The position numbers were made by a program, and so were the translations under genes. This document shows positions 43,263-52,819 of a DNA stretch of 64,000 nucleotides, piece after piece; position 1 is the stretch's first letter; the number at the start of each line of letters is the position of its first letter. The DNA is taken from positions 64,001 to 128,000 of the forward strand of contig CAVUXE010000053.1 of assembly GCA_963745235.1 (NCBI GenBank), given 5' to 3'. The notes under the pieces are model-generated. The model had not been told where the DNA came from. It did not search any database and saw nothing but the letters and a program-made list of their open reading frames with translations. Source of the DNA: an uncultured Spirochaetota bacterium (GTDB taxonomy: Bacteria > Spirochaetota > Spirochaetia > SZUA-6 > Fen-1364).

Positions 43263-43366
43263 TGCAGGGCCGGTGCTGCAGGCCCGTGTTGCAGGCCCGT
43301 GTTGCAGGCCCGTGTTGCAGGCCCGTGTTGCAGGCCCGTGTTGCAGGCCCGTGTTGCACGGGCCGG
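43263..43366. repeat. 13-bp tandem repeat (VNTR)
   Basis: Six perfect TGCAGGCCCGTGT copies at 43277-43354 plus degenerate flanking copies. Confidence 0.95.
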
Positions 43367-43417
43367 AACGATGCGCTAAATTGGCCTGACCAACCTGCTG
43401 AAACGGAGGGTCGCGCC

Positions 43418-44512
43418 ATGGCAAAGCTGAGTATTCCCGGCGCTCACGGCTGCCGCTATGATTTTCTCGCTCTTGGATCGATCGTGCAAAGGTTCGACCC
43501 CGGGGTAGTCCCGCTTCATGAGGCCGCGCATTTCGACCGGTACTGCTCGGGTGGGGAGTACAATCCAGCCGCGAACCTGGCCAAGTGCTTCGGCATGCGC
43601 GTTGCTGTGGCTTCAGCGAACGTCCACTATCCTCCTGGCTGGTGGATCGAGAACGAGGTCAAGAGGGCGGGGGTGGAGGCCCATTTCAAGTGGTTTCCCT
43701 ATGACGGGGTCCATGGCCCGCGCATCGCAAACACGTATTCGGACCGCGGGTGGGGCGTCCGCGCGCCGGAGGTCTGGTATGACAGGGCGAACGAAGCGGG
43801 CGCCATGCTCGCGCCGGGGGATTTCGATTGGAAAGACCTGTTCCAGGTCAAGAGAGCCCGCTGGTTCCACTCGGGGGGCATCTTCGCTTCCCTGTCGGCA
43901 AGCTCTTCAGCGCTCATCATAGAAGCGATGACTGAGGCCCGGTCAGCAGGGGCTGTCGTCTCCTATGACCTGAACTTCAGGAAAAAACTCTGGGACGCCA
44001 CCGAGGGGGGATCCGCTCGAGCGGTGGAGGTCAATCGGAAGATCGCCTCCCTGGTGGACGTCCTGATCGGGAACGAGGAGGACCTCCAGCTCGGGCTCGG
44101 TATCCCCGGCCCCGACGTGTCGACGAGAGGCAAATCGCATGACACCCGGGCCTTCCAGGAGGTGATCGGGAGAGTGACTGCGGAGCATCCCAACATCAAG
44201 CTCGTGGCCACATCCCTGCGGGAGGTGCACTCCGCTTCCCGGCACAGCTGGAAGGCGGTCATGTGGTACGACGGCGAGCTGCACGAGTCCGCCGCGGTGG
44301 ACCTGGATGTCTACGACCGGATCGGAGGCGGAGACGGGTTCGCGGCAGGCCTCGTGTACGGGTTGCTTATGGACAAACCTCCCGTGGACGCGCTCAGGCT
44401 CGGGTGGGCCCACGGGGCCCTGCTCACTACCTACCCGGGCGATGTCACCATGGCGAGGCTGGAACAGGTGGAAGCGCTCGCCGCCGGCGGCGGGGCGCGC
44501 GTTGTCAGGTGA
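43418..44512 (+). CDS. kdgK: PfkB-family sugar kinase (2-keto-3-deoxygluconate kinase-like)
   Basis: GGEYN, WFHSGGIF, SYDLNFR, GNEED, DRIGGGDGF. Confidence 0.8.
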   Translation: MAKLSIPGAHGCRYDFLALGSIVQRFDPGVVPLHEAAHFDRYCSGGEYNPAANLAKCFGMRVAVASANVHYPPGWWIENEVKRAGVEAHFKWFPYDGVHGPRIANTYSDRGWGVRAPEVWYDRANEAGAMLAPGDFDWKDLFQVKRARWFHSGGIFASLSASSSALIIEAMTEARSAGAVVSYDLNFRKKLWDATEGGSARAVEVNRKIASLVDVLIGNEEDLQLGLGIPGPDVSTRGKSHDTRAFQEVIGRVTAEHPNIKLVATSLREVHSASRHSWKAVMWYDGELHESAAVDLDVYDRIGGGDGFAAGLVYGLLMDKPPVDALRLGWAHGALLTTYPGDVTMARLEQVEALAAGGGARVVR

Positions 44513-46012
44513 CTGAGGGCTCCTGACCGCCGGTGGAGACTGATCCCCGAGGATGGACTCCCTGAGGCGCTCCTGTTCACGGGAAGCCGCGCGATGGGCT
44601 TCTGCCGCACGAGCACGGGGCTGAAAAATCCGCGCGATGCCCGGTCCGGCGCTCGAGACGCATCCCAGGGCTTCCAGGGCCAGGACAGCCGCACCTCGGC
44701 TGGACGCTTCCGGCTCGTCTGCGCAGGACAGGGGGAGCTCCAGGACGTCGGCAAGGATCTGGCCCCAGGCAGCCGAGCCCAGGAGCGCCCCTCCGGTGCA
44801 GACGACTTCCCGCACGGCGGGTGCCGCCGTCCGCAGAGCTCGCATGATTGCTGCAAATCGATACGCCACTCCCTCCACGCCGGCCTGGAGGATGTCCAGA
44901 GCTTTCGTCTCGAAGCTCAATCCGTTGATGGCACCGCGAGCGAGGGGGTCCCATCCCGTGCTGCGCTCTCCCGCAAGGAAGGGAAGGAAAGTGAGGCCGT
45001 GACCCGCCGGCGGGGCCGCCAGGAGAGCCTGGTCCACTTCTTCCGCGGTGAGCCCGATGTTCAGCGTGGCACGCATCCACTCGAAGAGGTTGCCGCCGTC
45101 GCCCAGGACGCCCCCGACAAGCTCACGTGATCGGTCCAACCTGTATGACCACAGTCCCGGGGGAACGGGGGAGTCTCCCGCCGGACGAACGGCGCGCAGC
45201 GCGCCTGTGGTCCCGATCATGAGAGCTGCGCGTTCCGAAGACGCGCAGCCGCAGCCCACGTTGCTGCACGCGCCATCCCCGAAAGCGGGAAACCAGGCGG
45301 CGTCCCGCAGCCGGGGCCATCGTTCCGCATACGGCGAGCGAAGCCCGCGAAAGGGAGAGTCCGTATCTCCAAGAGGAGAGAAACGGGACTCCTCCAGCCC
45401 CAGCTCTTCGAGGAGCGCCTGGTCCCAGCCGGAGGTTCTGCGGTTGAAAAGCCCGAACGCTGACGCCATGGAAAGGCTGCACGAACGGGAGCCCGTGAAG
45501 CGGCGAATGCAGTACTCCCCGATGGAGCACCACCAGCCGACCTCCCGGTAAATCCCGGGCCAGTTTTCCTGAATCCAGAGAATCTTGGAGGGAAAGTAGA
45601 TGGCGTGCAAAGGGCAGCCCGTCCGCTGGAGCACCTCCTGCGGATCCAGCCGGTCTCGAAGCCTGGCCGCCTGGGCCGCCGACCGGACGTCCGCCCACGT
45701 GAAGACGGGCGTGAGAGCGGCGCCTTCACCATCCGTGCCGATAAGTCCGTGGAGGAACGTGCAGAATGCGACCGCGATGATCCGGGAGTCCGGCTCCAGG
45801 CGCTGAAAGGATTCATCGATACACGCTTCGACCAATCCGGCCAACGTGTCCGTGTCCGACTCCGCGACGCCGCCGGCCGAAAAGGCGAACCTGTGCGGCC
45901 TCCTGCTTCCTGTCGAATCGACGCGCTCACCCCGCGTGTCGTAGAAGCAGGCGCGCACGGACGAGCTTCTTACATCGACGGAGAGAACCATGGATCGAGA
46001 TGTGTTCTGCAC
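44505..46012 (-). CDS. gntK: FGGY-family gluconokinase (3' end approximate)
   Basis: TWADVRS, RTGCPLH, GDGACSNVG, LWSYRLD, FLAGERS, EASSRGAA. Confidence 0.78.
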
Positions 46013-46082
46013 TGCGCCATGGTGGCCACGTCGGTGTAACTTGGTCAACCCGGGCAAATAATTCGATAAGAAAGCATATTAA

Positions 46083-46111
46083 TTGACAGAAAAAGAAAAA
46101 AAAGTTACTCT
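46083..46111 (+). promoter_or_regulatory. Sigma70 promoter of the dehydrogenase-DeoR-HAD operon
   Basis: TTGACA-17 nt (A-tract)-TACTCT within an AT-rich patch. Confidence 0.65.
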
Positions 46112-46145
46112 CGGCTCGCTAATATATGAAAAGAGGGGCCTGCAA

Positions 46146-47108
46146 GTGAGCGATCTCCATCTCGAATCTGCCAGGAAGCCTACCATGTATTTCATTGGCG
46201 TAACGACAACCAGGTCAATGATCATGCGCGTCTTCCCGGAATGGGCCAGGTTCCTGGAGCTAGGGGACTGCCAGATCAAGGGAATAGACTTGAAGCTGCA
46301 CGACGAGCCGGAGCGGTACCGCGAGGTCGTGCGGTTCATCAAGACAGACCCGCTCTCACTCGGGGCGCTCGTGACCACGCACAAGATCGACCTGCTGCAC
46401 GCAACCCGGGACATCTTCGACGGGCTGGACGATTTTGCCTCCCTGATGGGAGAGGTGAGCTCGATCTCCAAGAAAGACGGACGCCTGCTCGGCGGCGCCA
46501 AGGATCCGATCTCCAGCGGCTTCGCGCTGGAGGAGTTCCTGCCGGCCCAGCACTGGGAAGGCTCGGGAGCGCACGCGTTCATCATGGGGGCCGGCGGCTC
46601 GAGCGTGGCCTTGTGCTCCTACCTGATGCGTCCCCTTCACGGAAGGAATCGGCCGTCGAAGATCTTCGTGTCCAACCGCAGCCCTGCGCGTCTTGCGGAG
46701 CTGAAGGAGATTCATCGAAAACAGGGAGCCGACCTGCCGGTGAGCTACGTGCTTTCACCGCAGCCCCGGGACAACGATGCGGTGCTCGCGGGCCTGCCTC
46801 CCGGCTCCCTGGTGGTCAACGCCACGGGGCTCGGCAAGGATGCCCCCGGGTCTCCGATCACCGGGACGGTTCCTTTTCCCCAGGGGGGATACGCGTGGGA
46901 CTTCAACTACCGCGGCGACCTGGTGTTCCTGCACCAGGCCAAGGCGCAGGCGGAGGCACGCTCGCTCACCGTGGTCGGTGGATGGTTGTACTTCATCTAT
47001 GGATGGCTCCTGGTCATTTCGGAGGTCTTCCATCGTCCCATTTCCTTCCATGGAGGCGTCTTCGAGGAGCTCTGCCGTCTGGCGGCAAAGGAGAAGGGGA
47101 AGGAGTAA
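46146..47108 (+). CDS. Shikimate dehydrogenase-like protein
   Basis: YFIGVTT, LVTTHK, MGAGGS, NATGLG, DFNYRG. Confidence 0.8.
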   Translation: MSDLHLESARKPTMYFIGVTTTRSMIMRVFPEWARFLELGDCQIKGIDLKLHDEPERYREVVRFIKTDPLSLGALVTTHKIDLLHATRDIFDGLDDFASLMGEVSSISKKDGRLLGGAKDPISSGFALEEFLPAQHWEGSGAHAFIMGAGGSSVALCSYLMRPLHGRNRPSKIFVSNRSPARLAELKEIHRKQGADLPVSYVLSPQPRDNDAVLAGLPPGSLVVNATGLGKDAPGSPITGTVPFPQGGYAWDFNYRGDLVFLHQAKAQAEARSLTVVGGWLYFIYGWLLVISEVFHRPISFHGGVFEELCRLAAKEKGKE

Positions 47109-47165
47109 GCGCGCTTGCCATGGGCCCGCAACTCGTGATCCAATGAAGCCATGCCCGAAGGGACA

Positions 47166-47933
47166 ATGTTCGTCGAGGAAAGAAAGCTGAAAATCCTGGA
47201 ATACATCGAGGAGCACCGCAAGGCCACGGTGTCCGAGCTGTGTGATGCGTTCCGTGTCTCCAGCGCCACTATTCGCAACGACCTCCGGGACCTCGAGAGT
47301 GCCAGCCTCCTCATCAGGACGCACGGCGGGGCCATGGTCAAGACCAAGACCGGGCTCGAGCAGGACATGAACCAGCGCAAGGTCCAGCACCTTTCGGAGA
47401 AGCGGTTCATCGCTGAGGCCGCCCTGCGGCTCGTGGAGGACGGTGACACCATCATCCTGGATACGGGAACCACGACGCTGGAGATTGCCCGCCTGCTGGG
47501 CCAGAGGCAGGACATCACGGTTGTCACCAATGACCTTGCCATAGCGCTCGTGCTGGAGGACATCGACACGGTCAGGGTGGTGTTCATGGGCGGGATCGTG
47601 CGCAAGAAGTTCCACTGCACCGTGGTCGGCGGCCTCTCCAGCGGAGACCTGTTCGCGGGCCTCACGGTGGACAAGGCTTTCATGGCCCTGAACAGCTTCT
47701 CCCTGGAGAAGGGGGCGAGCACACCGGACATCAATCACGCGGAAACGAAGAGAGTCATGATGTCCATCGCCGCGAAGGTGATCCTGGTTTTCGATTCCAG
47801 CAAGATGGGCAGGAACTCTTTCGCCCTGTTCGCGCCCCTGGACCGCGTTGACGCCATCGTCACCGACTCCCTGCGGGACGAGGACCGGGCGCGCCTGGAA
47901 GAAAACGGCATCGAAGTCCTCATCGCCGGCTGA
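47166..47933 (+). CDS. DeoR/GlpR-family transcriptional regulator
   Basis: VSSATIRNDL HTH, RTHGGA, LDTGTTT, DSSK. Confidence 0.93.
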   Translation: MFVEERKLKILEYIEEHRKATVSELCDAFRVSSATIRNDLRDLESASLLIRTHGGAMVKTKTGLEQDMNQRKVQHLSEKRFIAEAALRLVEDGDTIILDTGTTTLEIARLLGQRQDITVVTNDLAIALVLEDIDTVRVVFMGGIVRKKFHCTVVGGLSSGDLFAGLTVDKAFMALNSFSLEKGASTPDINHAETKRVMMSIAAKVILVFDSSKMGRNSFALFAPLDRVDAIVTDSLRDEDRARLEENGIEVLIAG

Positions 47934-47940
47934 GCTTCGG

Positions 47941-48594
47941 ATGCTCCATCCCCCCCTGATCCTCGACCTGGACGGTACCCTTGCTGACACCGAGCCCCTC
48001 CACGACCGCGCGTGGGACGTGGTGCTGCGCGGCGTTCCATCGCAAGCCGTCTCGGAACAGAGACGGAAGTGGCTGGGGAAATCGAGCGGGGAGATCGCGC
48101 GGGAGCTGATTGCCGTCTTCCACCTGGCCCAATCGGAAGAGGACATGCTTCGGGAAAAGCGCAGGAAGTTCCGGGAGCTCGTCCGCCAGGGGCTGCAGCC
48201 GTTCCCCGGGCTTGCCCACGAGCTGGCCCGCTGGACGGACGCCGCCATCGCGGTGGCGACCTCGGGGAGCAAGCGGGAAGCCCTCCTGGTGCTCGAAACC
48301 CTGCAGCTTCCGGTCCATTTCCAGGCGGTCGTCACCTGTGACGATGTTCCCCGCGCAAAGCCGGCACCGGACATCTACCTGCGCGCCTGCGAGCTCCTGG
48401 GACGAAGCCCAGGGGACTGTTTTTCCGTTGAGGATTCGACCAACGGCATGCTCGCGGCAGTAGCGGCCGGGACCCATGTGCTCGCGGTGTCGACGGGAAC
48501 CCTGGAGTCCCTGCCCGCTGGCGTTGAGAGGATTTTTGGTTCAACCGTGGAAGCGCTCCAGTGGCTGCGAAGCGCCTCGCTGGGGTCCCGCTGA
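47941..48594 (+). CDS. HAD-family phosphatase
   Basis: DLDGTLADT, KPAPDIY, VEDS. Confidence 0.9.
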   Translation: MLHPPLILDLDGTLADTEPLHDRAWDVVLRGVPSQAVSEQRRKWLGKSSGEIARELIAVFHLAQSEEDMLREKRRKFRELVRQGLQPFPGLAHELARWTDAAIAVATSGSKREALLVLETLQLPVHFQAVVTCDDVPRAKPAPDIYLRACELLGRSPGDCFSVEDSTNGMLAAVAAGTHVLAVSTGTLESLPAGVERIFGSTVEALQWLRSASLGSR

Positions 48595-48637
48595 TTCGGG
48601 TCTCGCTGCCGGGTCCCGTTGAGCCGGGTCCCGTTGA
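48583..48637. repeat. Short imperfect tandem repeat between convergent genes
   Basis: Four copies of GGGTC(C/T)CG(C/T)TG at 13-15 bp spacing. Confidence 0.6.
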
Positions 48638-48651
48638 CAGGCGCCCCCAGG

Positions 48652-49725
48652 CTACGACGCCTTTCTGAGCACGACAAAAGGGTCGAACTCGTATTCCCCC
48701 GCCAGATCAGGGTCTCCCGTGCGCCGCCTGTTTTCGATTTTCATCCCGAACGCCCGGCAGACAGCGTCATGCGTGACATCATCTATGCGGCTCGCGGGGA
48801 CGCCTGCGCTTGCCAGCGCGGCGACGAAACGCGGGTAGTAGGGAAGCCCCGGCAGGCCGCACGCGAAGCCCTGCATCTTTTCCTCCCGCGTGTGCGGGGC
48901 ATGGTCCGTCTCGATCCAATCGATGCTGCCGTCACACAGGCGCTCCAGCATGAGGGAAGGCATTGGGGGCGGTCGAAGCGGCGGGTTGGTGAGGAGCAGG
49001 AGCCCGTCCGGCCCTTCCATCATCCCGGCATCCAGCAGGGCGTGGTGCGGGGTCAGGCCGCATGTGACGCGGAGCGCCTTTGCGGCCGGCGCCTCCGGAC
49101 CCGCCGGAGCATGGCTCCCTTTCAGGACATTCAGGGCCCAGGGAGTCGAGATATGGCACACGTGAAGGGTTCCAGCGAAGCCGGCCGCCAGCGCCAGCTC
49201 CCGCTGGTCGTCCACGGAGGCCACTTCAGCTGCGGGCGGCCGCGCCCGCGCATGGCTTGCGGGCCGGCCCGGGTCCCAGTCCGCGGGGCGCAGGAGCGAC
49301 TGCTTCTCGCAGTGGACCGCAAGCACGCCGCGATACCCCAGTCTCGCGAGCGTGGAGTACACCAGCGTCTGCGCCTCCCGATCAACAACGCCCATTTCTC
49401 CCGTCGAATGTCCCGCATACATCTTCAGACCCACCACCCGGGGGAAATGGCTGCTCCAGGCCGCCACGGCTTCCTCGATCTGGGCCGGCGAAGCCGTGAC
49501 CCCCGCGTACAGTCCGTGAAAGAGAGGAACGCGAAGGCCGGCAAGCGCCGCGTCGGCGTCCTCTATGCGGCGAAGGATTGCGTCCCGAGAGGTGAGCGGA
49601 GGATCGGTGTTGGGCATCTCGAAGACCGCGTCCAGTCCCGCCCGCCACGCCACGTCCAGGCCATGGCGGAGAGTCTCCTTGCTCTTCTGGCTCCAGTCCC
49701 GCAGGTGGACGTGGGGGTCTATCAT
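48652..49725 (-). CDS. pyrC: Dihydroorotase
   Basis: IDPHVHLRD, EMPNT, VHCE, HVCHIST, NPPLR, TDHAPH; downstream of pyrBI. Confidence 0.9.
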   Translation of the reverse strand: MIDPHVHLRDWSQKSKETLRHGLDVAWRAGLDAVFEMPNTDPPLTSRDAILRRIEDADAALAGLRVPLFHGLYAGVTASPAQIEEAVAAWSSHFPRVVGLKMYAGHSTGEMGVVDREAQTLVYSTLARLGYRGVLAVHCEKQSLLRPADWDPGRPASHARARPPAAEVASVDDQRELALAAGFAGTLHVCHISTPWALNVLKGSHAPAGPEAPAAKALRVTCGLTPHHALLDAGMMEGPDGLLLLTNPPLRPPPMPSLMLERLCDGSIDWIETDHAPHTREEKMQGFACGLPGLPYYPRFVAALASAGVPASRIDDVTHDAVCRAFGMKIENRRRTGDPDLAGEYEFDPFVVLRKAS

Positions 49726-49730
49726 CCGGA

Positions 49731-51247
49731 TCAGTCCGGGTAGGCAACCGGCACTATGCCCGCGGGCAGGCTCGCAATCCAGGACGACTTTTCCTCTTCA
49801 CTCGCCTTGCGGCTCGCCACGAAGTACTGCCTGCGGCAATAGCGGCACCTGACCGCGTCATGGTCGCGGTAGAAACGGGGCGGGACATCCTCGTTCACCA
49901 CCCGGGTGATGCAGTTCGTGTTGGCGCACAGCAGGTACACGAACTTCGCCGTAATCCTGCCCCCTGCAATGGTGTCGATGGTGGGCTCGGGAGAGAGCAG
50001 CGCAATGGTTTTCAGGTCCCGCTCGCTCGGCTCGGGCAGGTTCGTCTTGATGAAAGGGTTCCTTTTCTCGGGGATGGTTGCGGTGGTGCAGGAGTACCCG
50101 CGGTTCTCCAGGTCCAGCGCGTCAGATACCGCGCGCTGGGACCCCGGCGCCAGGTGGTCTATCACGGTGCCGTCATGGATCTTGTCTATGAACATGGCGC
50201 TCTGCTTCGAGCCCCTGATTGCGCGGGCCAGCCTGTTGTTGCCTGTCCCCAGCTCCCGGGGCAGCCGCCCGTCGTAGCGGCGATACCCGTCGTGTCCGAG
50301 CATCTCGTGCAGCAGCGCCTTGCGCAGGAAGACGCCGAACTCCGCCTGCGTGAAAAAGGCCTGGGCGGGGGTGAAGTACACACGGTAGTCGATCTCCGCG
50401 ATCTCGCTGTTGACCGGGCAGCGGATGAAGAACGCGTACGTCAAACCCTTCCACCTTGGATTCGTCGATGCGGTATTGCTTCATCATTGCCAGGATGTCT
50501 TTCTGCGTCACCCCTGGCATGCGTTCCAACTGGGGCCGCGTCATGTAGTAGAAATCCACCTGTCCCATCACGTCGCGGACGGTTTTCTCCCGCTCGACGC
50601 GCACGCCACGGGCGAGCAGAAGCTGCGAGAGATCATCCGGGCATTCCCAGGAAGTCCTCCGCCGCCCAGCGGATCGTCACCCGGTCGAAGTGGGACAGCG
50701 CGAGGCTGAGAGAGCGCACCGTGCGTCCATGGGAGAGATCACCGCCGAACCCCACGCGGATGCCGTCCAGCCTGGCTTCTTTCAGGGCGTAAATGGTGAG
50801 GACGTCCAGGAGCGCCTGTGTCGGGTGCTCGTTCTTGCCGTCTCCGCCGTTTATCACGGGGATGGTGGCGACGTCCGCTGCCCACTGGAGAGATCCATCC
50901 AGGGGATGGCGCATCACAATCACGTCGTTGTGGTTCGCGCACATCATGGTCACGGTGTCCCTCACGGTCTCGCTCTTCATGACAGAGGTGCCTTCGGTGC
51001 CGGAGAAGCCGTCGTAGCGGCCGCCCAGCTCCCGCATGCCGGTATTGAAGCTTGTCCGCGTCCGGGTGCTCGGCTCGTAGAACATGGAGGAGAGCGTGCG
51101 GTACTTCAAGGCGTCCCGCAGGCTGTTGCGCTTGCCGGTTTTCTCCAGAGACGCCATGCGGCGTCCAGCTTCGCAGAGGTGCAGGATCTCCTCCCGCGAG
51201 AAGTCCGTGATGGAGATGATGTCACGATCCCGGAAGTCGCTTTCCAT
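49731..51247 (-). CDS. pyrB: Fused aspartate carbamoyltransferase catalytic + regulatory chain (PyrBI); frameshifts
   Basis: EPSTRT, HPTQ, TRPQLER and LHPLP, followed by PyrI GTVIDH and Zn-binding CANTNC...CRYC. Confidence 0.88.
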
Positions 51248-51420
51248 GGGAGACCCCGGCAACAGTAGCCCGTTTCGCCGGGCAGGGGCAAGGTCGGCGG
51301 GTGTGCAAGGTCAGCGGGCGCACGCTGTCAGCAGGCACGCGATGACAGCGGGCGCGCGACAGCATCCCTGACTTGATTCACGCGGTCAGAATAACGACAT
51401 TAGGGATGCGTAGGTTGTCT

Positions 51421-52092
51421 ATGCATGGCACGCCGAGGTATGAAGCAAAGCCGATCCGGCTTTTCAAGTCCGATCTCCTGGAGCGCTTTTCCCACGTGCG
51501 GCCGACCACGGTGCTCGTCCTCTGGGCCCCGGTCGCCCTGTACTTCCTGGCCCAATCTCTCTGGCGCGCATCGGGGTACGTGACGGCGGCCCAGGCGGTG
51601 GGGCGAGTCCTTGTCGGCTGGTTCATCTGGACCCTTGTCGAGTATCTCCTGCACAGGTTCCTCTTCCACTATCACCCGAAGACGGAGAGATTCAAGCGCG
51701 TCTTCTTCCTGGCCCACGGCGTGCATCACGCGCAGCCCTTGTGCCGGACCCGGCTCGTCATGCCTCCCGTCATCAGCATCCCCCTCGGGCTGGCCTTTTT
51801 CGGCATCTTCCATCTCGTCTTCGGCGTGATCATTGCTCGCCCGCAATGGTTTTCACCGGTCTTCGCGGGGTTCATCATCGGCTACATCGTCTATGACGTG
51901 ATGCATTACACCCTGCACCATGCCAGGGGGAGGAACGCCTACCTCCTGATGTGCCGCCGGCAGCACATGCAGCACCACGGCGCCTGTCCCGGCATGCGAT
52001 TCGGCGTGAGCTCGCCCGTCTGGGACTACGTGTTTGGAACCATGCCGAAGGCGCCGGAAAAGAAAGGCGCGAGCCTTCCCGATATCTCGTAA
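51421..52092 (+). CDS. Fatty-acid hydroxylase/sterol desaturase-family di-iron enzyme (FA2H-like)
   Basis: His boxes HRFLFH, HGVHH, HYTLHH and HMQHH; RLVMPP; FGVSSPVWDYVFGT. Confidence 0.88.
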   Translation: MHGTPRYEAKPIRLFKSDLLERFSHVRPTTVLVLWAPVALYFLAQSLWRASGYVTAAQAVGRVLVGWFIWTLVEYLLHRFLFHYHPKTERFKRVFFLAHGVHHAQPLCRTRLVMPPVISIPLGLAFFGIFHLVFGVIIARPQWFSPVFAGFIIGYIVYDVMHYTLHHARGRNAYLLMCRRQHMQHHGACPGMRFGVSSPVWDYVFGTMPKAPEKKGASLPDIS

Positions 52093-52815
52093 TTACAGGA
52101 CGGCGCGGAATGCGTCCGGCAGCGGGGAGACGACGCGAAGCTGCTTTGCCCCGACGGGATGTAGCAGCGTGATCCCGCTCGCGTGCAGATACATCCTCTG
52201 CGGGGCCTCAGGCGGCGCAGGCACTCCGTAAAGGGTATCCCCAAGGATTGGCAGGCCCACGTGCGAGAGGTGAGCCCGGACCTGGTGGCGAAAGCCTCTT
52301 TGCAGCGTCACCTCCACGAGCGCCCGACCGTCGCGGACCCGCTGGAGCCGCGCTTCGGTCACGTACACTGGCCGAGCCGTCTTGCTGAGGAGCCGCCTGT
52401 TCTTCTCCGCCGGCTCCACCACGCGAACCCTGCGCCGGCCCGGCCCGAACGGAGCGAACAGACTGCTGATTGTGATTGTCTCCCCCGGCGCCCTGCCGGG
52501 GGGACAGGCGCACGCGGCGCGGTATTCCTTGCGCGCTTCCCCGGAGGCGAACTGCGACCTCAGGGCCGCGAAGGCCGCCTCCGTGCGCGCAAACACGACG
52601 ACCCCCGAGGTTTCGTGGTCCAGCCGGTGCAGGAGCCCCGGCTCCGAAGGCTTCATTCCCGGCACGCCTCGGACCTCAGGGAATGCCGCAATCACGGCGG
52701 CAAGCAGCGTGCCCGGTTCCCCGGGGCGAAGCGGGGCGGTGTGGATGCCCGCCGGCTTGTCCACGATGATCAGTGCCTCATCCTCGTGCAGGACAGTGAG
52801 CCGTTCACCGACCAT
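52093..52815 (-). CDS. RluA-family pseudouridine synthase
   Basis: DKPAG, HRLDHETSG, HQVRAH, GDTLYG, YLHA. Confidence 0.9.
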   Translation of the reverse strand: MVGERLTVLHEDEALIIVDKPAGIHTAPLRPGEPGTLLAAVIAAFPEVRGVPGMKPSEPGLLHRLDHETSGVVVFARTEAAFAALRSQFASGEARKEYRAACACPPGRAPGETITISSLFAPFGPGRRRVRVVEPAEKNRRLLSKTARPVYVTEARLQRVRDGRALVEVTLQRGFRHQVRAHLSHVGLPILGDTLYGVPAPPEAPQRMYLHASGITLLHPVGAKQLRVVSPLPDAFRAVL

Positions 52816-52819
52816 GGGT

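Noticed and set aside
43263-43366. Possible CRISPR array
   Set aside because: 13-bp units with no spacers, and no cas genes in the window.
43943-44505. Gluconokinase extension antisense to kdgK
   Set aside because: FGGY homology ends near 44540; the rest is the shadow frame of kdgK.
51250-51360. PyrR attenuator upstream of pyrBI
   Set aside because: No PyrR-binding loop consensus or U-tailed terminator seen.
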